Positions 59,110 through 64,000 of a stretch of 64,000 bases of DNA are shown here, piece by piece (within the stretch, counting starts at the first letter, position 1; the number at the start of each line of letters is the position of its first letter). The stretch spans positions 4,928,001 to 4,992,000 of the forward strand of contig OZ241986.1 of the NCBI GenBank assembly GCA_965204375.1, in the 5' to 3' direction. The notes beneath the pieces are model-generated. The model made no database searches. It had not been told where the DNA came from and saw only the letters and a list, made by a program, of their open reading frames with translations. The DNA is from Candidatus Latescibacterota bacterium. Its GTDB lineage: Bacteria > Latescibacterota > UBA2968. The position numbers were made by a program, and so were the translations under genes.

Positions 59110-59418
59110 TCAGCGCAGTGGCGGATGCCAGTCGAGTTGTCCATCTCTAACACGGCAGCGGGTCTCGCAGAGATTGTCATTGCGGTCTTTGTAAATAACT
59201 CTCCATTCGATGCTTGTTAATGCCAACAGATCCGGACGCTGATCCGCCCGGATTTTTTTTGTTTCCCTCACAATGCGTTCAATGCTCACAGCACGCCCTT
59301 CAATCTTGTGAATAGATAGGCGAATCTGTGTCACGTAGCGATTTCGCCAAACAAAATAATAGAGAAAAAATCCAAAAATAAGTGCAGTAAACAAATATGC
59401 GATCAGAATAGTTGACAC
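59110..59418 (-). CDS. Small membrane-anchored hypothetical protein
   Basis: N-terminal TM helix; likely GTG start. Confidence 0.5.
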   Translation of the reverse strand: MSTILIAYLFTALIFGFFLYYFVWRNRYVTQIRLSIHKIEGRAVSIERIVRETKKIRADQRPDLLALTSIEWRVIYKDRNDNLCETRCRVRDGQLDWHPPLR

Positions 59419-59520
59419 CGACTGTACCTTTCTATTAATTAATTCGTCTCTTATCCTTAAGATAGAACACAACGCGATATTTCGCTTGATTTTTTGCGTT
59501 AAAAAATATTAAATAAAACA

Positions 59521-59563
59521 GTTCGTACATTCACCCCATTTGGGCGAACGAATGGGTTTTTTG
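59521..59563 (+). promoter_or_regulatory. Terminator/antiterminator in the mrp leader
   Basis: CCCATTTG/CGAATGGG plus T6; competing GTTCG/CGAAC pairing. Confidence 0.45.
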
Positions 59564-59634
59564 TGCCTTTCCTATAGAATGGGTGCTAACTGCTCAGGAC
59601 AGGACAGTCCCCTACGATTTCATCCGAGGTCTAT

Positions 59635-60114
59635 ATGCGTTACATCTTCATGAGCATTGTGGCATTTGGCACATGGCTGCTCTGGTCTGGACATTATACG
59701 CTTGAACACACGCTCGTCCTTGCCATGGGTATATTGTCATGTGCTTTTGTCGTTTATCTGTCCGGTCGTCTATCTATTGTAGATGAAGAAGGGTATTCAA
59801 TTCATCTGATCTGGAGCCTCGCTTTGTATATTCCCTGGTTAATCTGGGCCATTATCAAAGCGAATATCGACGTGGCAAAACGCATTTTGAATCCCAGATT
59901 GCCCATTGCCCCGCGCATAGTACGCGTAACGGGAACGCAAAAAACCGATCTCTGTCGCGTCATATTTGCCAATTCAATAACTCTGACCCCCGGCACCGTA
60001 TCACTTGAACTGGACGAAGAAGATATTGTGGTACATGCCCTGACAAAAGAAGCCGCTGACGATGTACAGAGCGGCAATATGGACCGCCGCGTGACGATGG
60101 CACTGGAGCAATGA
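59635..60114 (+). CDS. mrpE: Mrp Na+/H+ antiporter subunit E
   Basis: FANSITLTPGT. Confidence 0.92.
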   Translation: MRYIFMSIVAFGTWLLWSGHYTLEHTLVLAMGILSCAFVVYLSGRLSIVDEEGYSIHLIWSLALYIPWLIWAIIKANIDVAKRILNPRLPIAPRIVRVTGTQKTDLCRVIFANSITLTPGTVSLELDEEDIVVHALTKEAADDVQSGNMDRRVTMALEQ

Positions 60115-60115
60115 G

Positions 60116-60385
60116 ATGTTTATTGCGGCAATGATCGGCATATTGGTCACCATGGCACTGGCACTTTGCCGCGCCCTATTGGGGCCAACTGTGTATGATC
60201 GCATCCTATCGGTAAATATGTTTGGCACCAAAACCGTATTATTTATTGCCGTACTCGGATTTTTAACTGACCGACCCGATTTTCTGGACCTCGCCCTTAT
60301 TTATGTATTGATCAACTTTATCGGCACATTGGCCGTTCTAAAATTTGTGACCTATGGCGACTTAGGTGCGGAGCCAGAAGAATAA
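60116..60385 (+). CDS. mrpF: Mrp subunit F
   Basis: GPTVYDRIL. Confidence 0.9.
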   Translation: MFIAAMIGILVTMALALCRALLGPTVYDRILSVNMFGTKTVLFIAVLGFLTDRPDFLDLALIYVLINFIGTLAVLKFVTYGDLGAEPEE

Positions 60386-60402
60386 AAAAGGACCCAAACA
60401 CC

Positions 60403-60735
60403 ATGATCATTGTCGATATATTGAGCTGGATTTGTCTTATCCTGGGAAGTATTCTGTGCATAATTGGCGGCCTGGGGCTGTTGCGCTTGCCCGATTTTTA
60501 CAGCCGCATGCACGGCGGTGGTATTACCGACACACTGGGGGCGAGCCTCGTCTTGCTGGGACTGATGTTTCAGGGCGGTTTGACGACAATCACAGTAAAA
60601 CTGGTGATGATCCTGGTGATATTGCTCCTCACCAGCCCCACATCGACCCACGCGGTAGGCAAAGCGGCATTGTCGTCGGGTCTCAAGCCTTTTTTAAGCG
60701 ATCCCGAAAACGAAGGAAAAAATGAGCATGACTGA
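60403..60735 (+). CDS. mrpG: Mrp subunit G
   Basis: GLLRLPDFYSRMH…DTLG. Confidence 0.92.
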   Translation: MIIVDILSWICLILGSILCIIGGLGLLRLPDFYSRMHGGGITDTLGASLVLLGLMFQGGLTTITVKLVMILVILLLTSPTSTHAVGKAALSSGLKPFLSDPENEGKNEHD

Positions 60736-61267
60736 AATTCTGGACATCGCCCTGCTGTCTTTTATGATAGTACTCGCGATTGCGGTCTCCCGAATGCACA
60801 ATTTGTTTATGGCCGCAATGATGATGGGTATTTTCAGCTTCCTATCGGCTGTCGTATTTACATTGCTCGACGCCGTCGATGTCGCATTTACCGAAGCGGC
60901 TGTCGGAGCCGGCGTATCAACCGTGCTCCTTCTGGGCACCCTATCATTGACGACGCGCGAAGAAAAAACTGCCAAAAAAAACAATGCATTGGCACTGCTC
61001 GTCGTGCTCGTTACAGGTAGCGCGCTTATTTACGGCACACTGGATATGCCGAATTACGGCGACCCCAATGCACCCGTTCACCAGCACGTTGCCGATCGCT
61101 ATATTGAAAAATCGGGAGAAGAAATGGGCATACCCAATATTGTAACATCGGTATTGGCGAGCTATCGCGGATACGATACCCTGGGTGAAGTAACGGTGAT
61201 TTTTACGGCTGGTATCGGTGTAATATTGCTCATGGGACATATCTGGCGCAAGGAGGACAAACCGTGA
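60722..61267 (+). CDS. Mrp DUF4040/MnhB-like subunit
   Basis: AVDVAFTEAAVGAG, NIVTSVLASYRGYDTLGE. Confidence 0.88.
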   Translation: MSMTEILDIALLSFMIVLAIAVSRMHNLFMAAMMMGIFSFLSAVVFTLLDAVDVAFTEAAVGAGVSTVLLLGTLSLTTREEKTAKKNNALALLVVLVTGSALIYGTLDMPNYGDPNAPVHQHVADRYIEKSGEEMGIPNIVTSVLASYRGYDTLGEVTVIFTAGIGVILLMGHIWRKEDKP

Positions 61268-61689
61268 AACATGAGAGTATTCCCCGCGTAGTGGGCAAAT
61301 GGTTAATTCCTCCGATACTGTTATTCGCGCTCTACGTGCAATTTCACGGCGATTTCGGGCCTGGAGGCGGGTTTCAAGCCGGTGTGATTTTTGCCGCAGC
61401 AGTGGTGCTGTACACGCTAATTTTTGGCCTGCAAGCCGCAAAACAAATTGTGAAACCCCGGGTCATTGAAATACTCGTCGCGCTCGGCGTCTTGCTTTAT
61501 GCGGGCACGGGATTGGTCTCCCTATTTCTCGGTTACAATTTCCTGGATTATAGTGCTCTGGATCCGCAAAATACACCACACGGACAACATCTGGGCATCT
61601 TTCTGGTCGAACTCGGCGTGGGTATTACCGTGGCGGCGGTTATGATAGCCATCTTTTTTGCTTTTGCAGGTCGGAGGCGATTGCGATGA
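61264..61689 (+). CDS. mrpB: Mrp subunit B
   Basis: HGDFGPGGGFQAG. Confidence 0.9.
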   Translation: MKHESIPRVVGKWLIPPILLFALYVQFHGDFGPGGGFQAGVIFAAAVVLYTLIFGLQAAKQIVKPRVIEILVALGVLLYAGTGLVSLFLGYNFLDYSALDPQNTPHGQHLGIFLVELGVGITVAAVMIAIFFAFAGRRRLR

Positions 61690-62042
61690 TCTCCGTCGGA
61701 TTATTCAACTACTGGGCCTGTATGGTCTTGATGATGATTGGATTGTACACCGCAATTGCGCGCCCCAATCTCGTCAAAAAATTGATTGGCCTGAGCATCT
61801 TTCAGGTCTCGGTCTTCTTGCTCTATATCACCGTGGGAAAGGTCAGCGGTGGTACTGCGCCAATATTGGGTGAAGGGATTGAAGCATATTCCAACCCATT
61901 GCCCCATGTGCTCATCCTGACGGCAATTGTCGTGGGCATCGCAACGCTCTCCCTGGGGTTGGCACTCGTCGTGCGAATTGGAGAAGCTTATGATACAATT
62001 GAGGAAGATGAAATTATAGAACGGGACCTCGTGAATGATTGA
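61686..62042 (+). CDS. mrpC: Mrp subunit C
   Basis: NPLPHVLILTAIVVG. Confidence 0.92.
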   Translation: MISVGLFNYWACMVLMMIGLYTAIARPNLVKKLIGLSIFQVSVFLLYITVGKVSGGTAPILGEGIEAYSNPLPHVLILTAIVVGIATLSLGLALVVRIGEAYDTIEEDEIIERDLVND

Positions 62043-63513
62043 TATGCATCTGCCCATATTGTTGATCGTTGTACCCCTCGTGTCAGCCCCCTTATGTGTG
62101 TTATTGCGGCAAAAAACGCTGGTGTGGGCTTTTGCATCTCTCGTGTGTGTCGCCTCTTTGGGCATGGCATCTATGCTGCTCATGCGCGTGCTCGAAGAAG
62201 GCGTGATCTCCTATGCAATAGGCGGATGGATTGCCCCCTGGGGCATTGAATACCGCGTCGATACAATCAATGCTTATGTGCTGCTGCTGGTTTCGATCAT
62301 CGCCGCCGTGCTGACGTTTTTTGCACTGCCGAGCGTGGTAGATGAAGTCGCCGGTAAGCAGCATTATTTATTTTACACAGCTTATTTGCTGTGCCTCACC
62401 GGATTGATGGGCATCGCGATCACAGGCGATGCGTTTAACGTCTTTGTATTTTTGGAAATATCATCGCTATCGTCCTATACTCTCATCGCCATGGGACGCG
62501 ATCGGCGCGCACTGACCGCGTCTTATCAATACCTCCTCATGGGCACACTGGGAGCCACGTTTATTGTCATTGGCATCGGACTGATGTACATGATGACCGG
62601 CACCCTGAATATGTTTGATCTATCCCAGCGCTTGCCCGCGATGTTTGAAACGCGCACCGCAATGGTCGCATTCGCCTTCTTGACCGTGGGCATGTTGATC
62701 AAGCTGGCGATGTTCCCGATGCACATGTGGTTGCCCAATGCCTATTGTTACGCGCCTTCTTTAGTCACGGCTTTTTTGGCTGCAACAGCGACAAAAGTAT
62801 CCATCTACGTATTTCTGAGATTCACATTTACCGTATGGGGTGCCGAATTTGTATTTGAAAAACTCAACCTCGACATCTTTTTGATCCCCCTATCTCTCAT
62901 CGGAATCTATATCGCGTCCCTATCCGCCATTTACCAGACCAATATAAAGCGGTTATTGGCCTATTCCAGCGTGGCACAAATCGGGTATATGATGCTGGGC
63001 ATCGGCTTTGTTTCCGTAACTGGATTGACCGGCGGGATTGTTCACCTGTTTAACCACGCCCTGATGAAAGCCGCCCTATTTTTGGCCGTGGGCTGCGCGG
63101 TGTTGCGCCTCGGATCATCTGACCTCGCCGACTGGAAAGGACTTGGGCGACGCATGCCCGTAACAATGGCGGCTTTTGTACTGGCGGGTTTGAGCTTGAT
63201 TGGCGTGCCGTTAACCGTGGGCTTTATCAGCAAGTGGTATTTAATTCTGGCCGCGCTGGAAGCGGGATGGTGGCCCGTAGCGCTGCTGGCCCTGCTCAGT
63301 TCCCTGCTCGCCGTAGTATATGTGTGGCGCGTCGTTGAAGTGGCCTACTTTCAGAAAGCCGATGATGACGCCAATGTAAAAGAAGCGCCGTTAATGATGC
63401 AGATCTCCATGTGGATTTTGACAGGAGCGACAGTGTATTTTGGTATTCAAACGGACTTGACCGTCAACGTAGCACAACGCGCCGCCGAATTATTGATAGG
63501 GGTAATGCCGTGA
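62035..63513 (+). CDS. mrpD: Mrp subunit D
   Basis: DAFNVFVFLEI, PMHMWLPNAY, KRLLAYSS, GFISKW. Confidence 0.92.
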   Translation: MIDMHLPILLIVVPLVSAPLCVLLRQKTLVWAFASLVCVASLGMASMLLMRVLEEGVISYAIGGWIAPWGIEYRVDTINAYVLLLVSIIAAVLTFFALPSVVDEVAGKQHYLFYTAYLLCLTGLMGIAITGDAFNVFVFLEISSLSSYTLIAMGRDRRALTASYQYLLMGTLGATFIVIGIGLMYMMTGTLNMFDLSQRLPAMFETRTAMVAFAFLTVGMLIKLAMFPMHMWLPNAYCYAPSLVTAFLAATATKVSIYVFLRFTFTVWGAEFVFEKLNLDIFLIPLSLIGIYIASLSAIYQTNIKRLLAYSSVAQIGYMMLGIGFVSVTGLTGGIVHLFNHALMKAALFLAVGCAVLRLGSSDLADWKGLGRRMPVTMAAFVLAGLSLIGVPLTVGFISKWYLILAALEAGWWPVALLALLSSLLAVVYVWRVVEVAYFQKADDDANVKEAPLMMQISMWILTGATVYFGIQTDLTVNVAQRAAELLIGVMP

Positions 63514-64000
63514 GTGGATCAACCGCCATACTCGTATCCATCGCGTTACCGCTTCTGGGCATGCCGTTTATTGCACTGACCTCGCGCAGCCCCAATGTGC
63601 GTGAAGCCATCGGATTGATTGCGGCTGTATTGACCTTTGGCACTGTTATTTCACTTTTGCCTTCGGTGATGGACGGCGCACTGCCTGCCGCGCATATAAT
63701 AGACGTAATGCCGGGCCTATCACTGGCATTTCAGGTAGAGCCATTGGGCATGATATTTGCCCTCATCGCGTCGGGTTTGTGGATTGTCACTACAGTCTAT
63801 GCCATCGGGTACATGCGCGGGCATCACGAAGAAAATCAGACGCGGTTTTTTGTGTTCTTCGCATTTGCGATCTCGGCTGCTCTGGGCGTGGCTTTTGCCC
63901 GCAACATGTTTACCCTGTTCATTTTTTACGAGATATTGACCCTATCGACATATCCGCTTGTAACGCACCACCGCAGCGAAGATGCCATGCGCGCCGGGCG
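63510..64000 (+). CDS. Second MrpD/MrpA-like subunit, truncated by window end (not in ORF track)
   Basis: GTG overlapping mrpD stop; …SPNVREA…YAIGYMRGHHEENQTRFF…NMFTLFIFYEILTLSTYPLVTH. Confidence 0.9.
   Translation, partial: MSGSTAILVSIALPLLGMPFIALTSRSPNVREAIGLIAAVLTFGTVISLLPSVMDGALPAAHIIDVMPGLSLAFQVEPLGMIFALIASGLWIVTTVYAIGYMRGHHEENQTRFFVFFAFAISAALGVAFARNMFTLFIFYEILTLSTYPLVTHHRSEDAMRAG

Overview
Bacterial genomic window; dockerin-like/TPR/GWxTD/PhyH/Rpn content suggests a Latescibacterota/Gemmatimonadota/Poribacteria-like marine or sponge-associated organism (inference only). About 1-15.6 kb is a decaying defence island: PLD-SNF2 helicase, Eco57I-like methyltransferase, HNH nuclease, a Gabija-like pair with a broken gajA, orphan antitoxins, Rpn, DprA-like and DUF4143 ATPase genes, punctuated by two copies of a promoter-linker-terminator platform. 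The rest is core/metabolic DNA: pyrB, fused glyQS, two GWxTD-TPR paralogs, rsmD, ABC transporters, a sigma-70 factor, an M16 peptidase fusion, a catabolic cluster, nqrABCDEF-apbE-nqrM and the start of an mrp operon. The two strongest signals are missing from the ORF track. One is a DUF5069-like small gene with an in-frame TGA at the conserved Cys position followed by a SECIS-like hairpin (candidate selenoprotein, 24995-25270). The other is a set of promoter-hairpin-terminator small-RNA units with shared or complementary UCCCUCCCGA loops flanking a sigma factor and an unannotated 58-aa gene (37075-38690). All family assignments come from motif recognition, not database searches.
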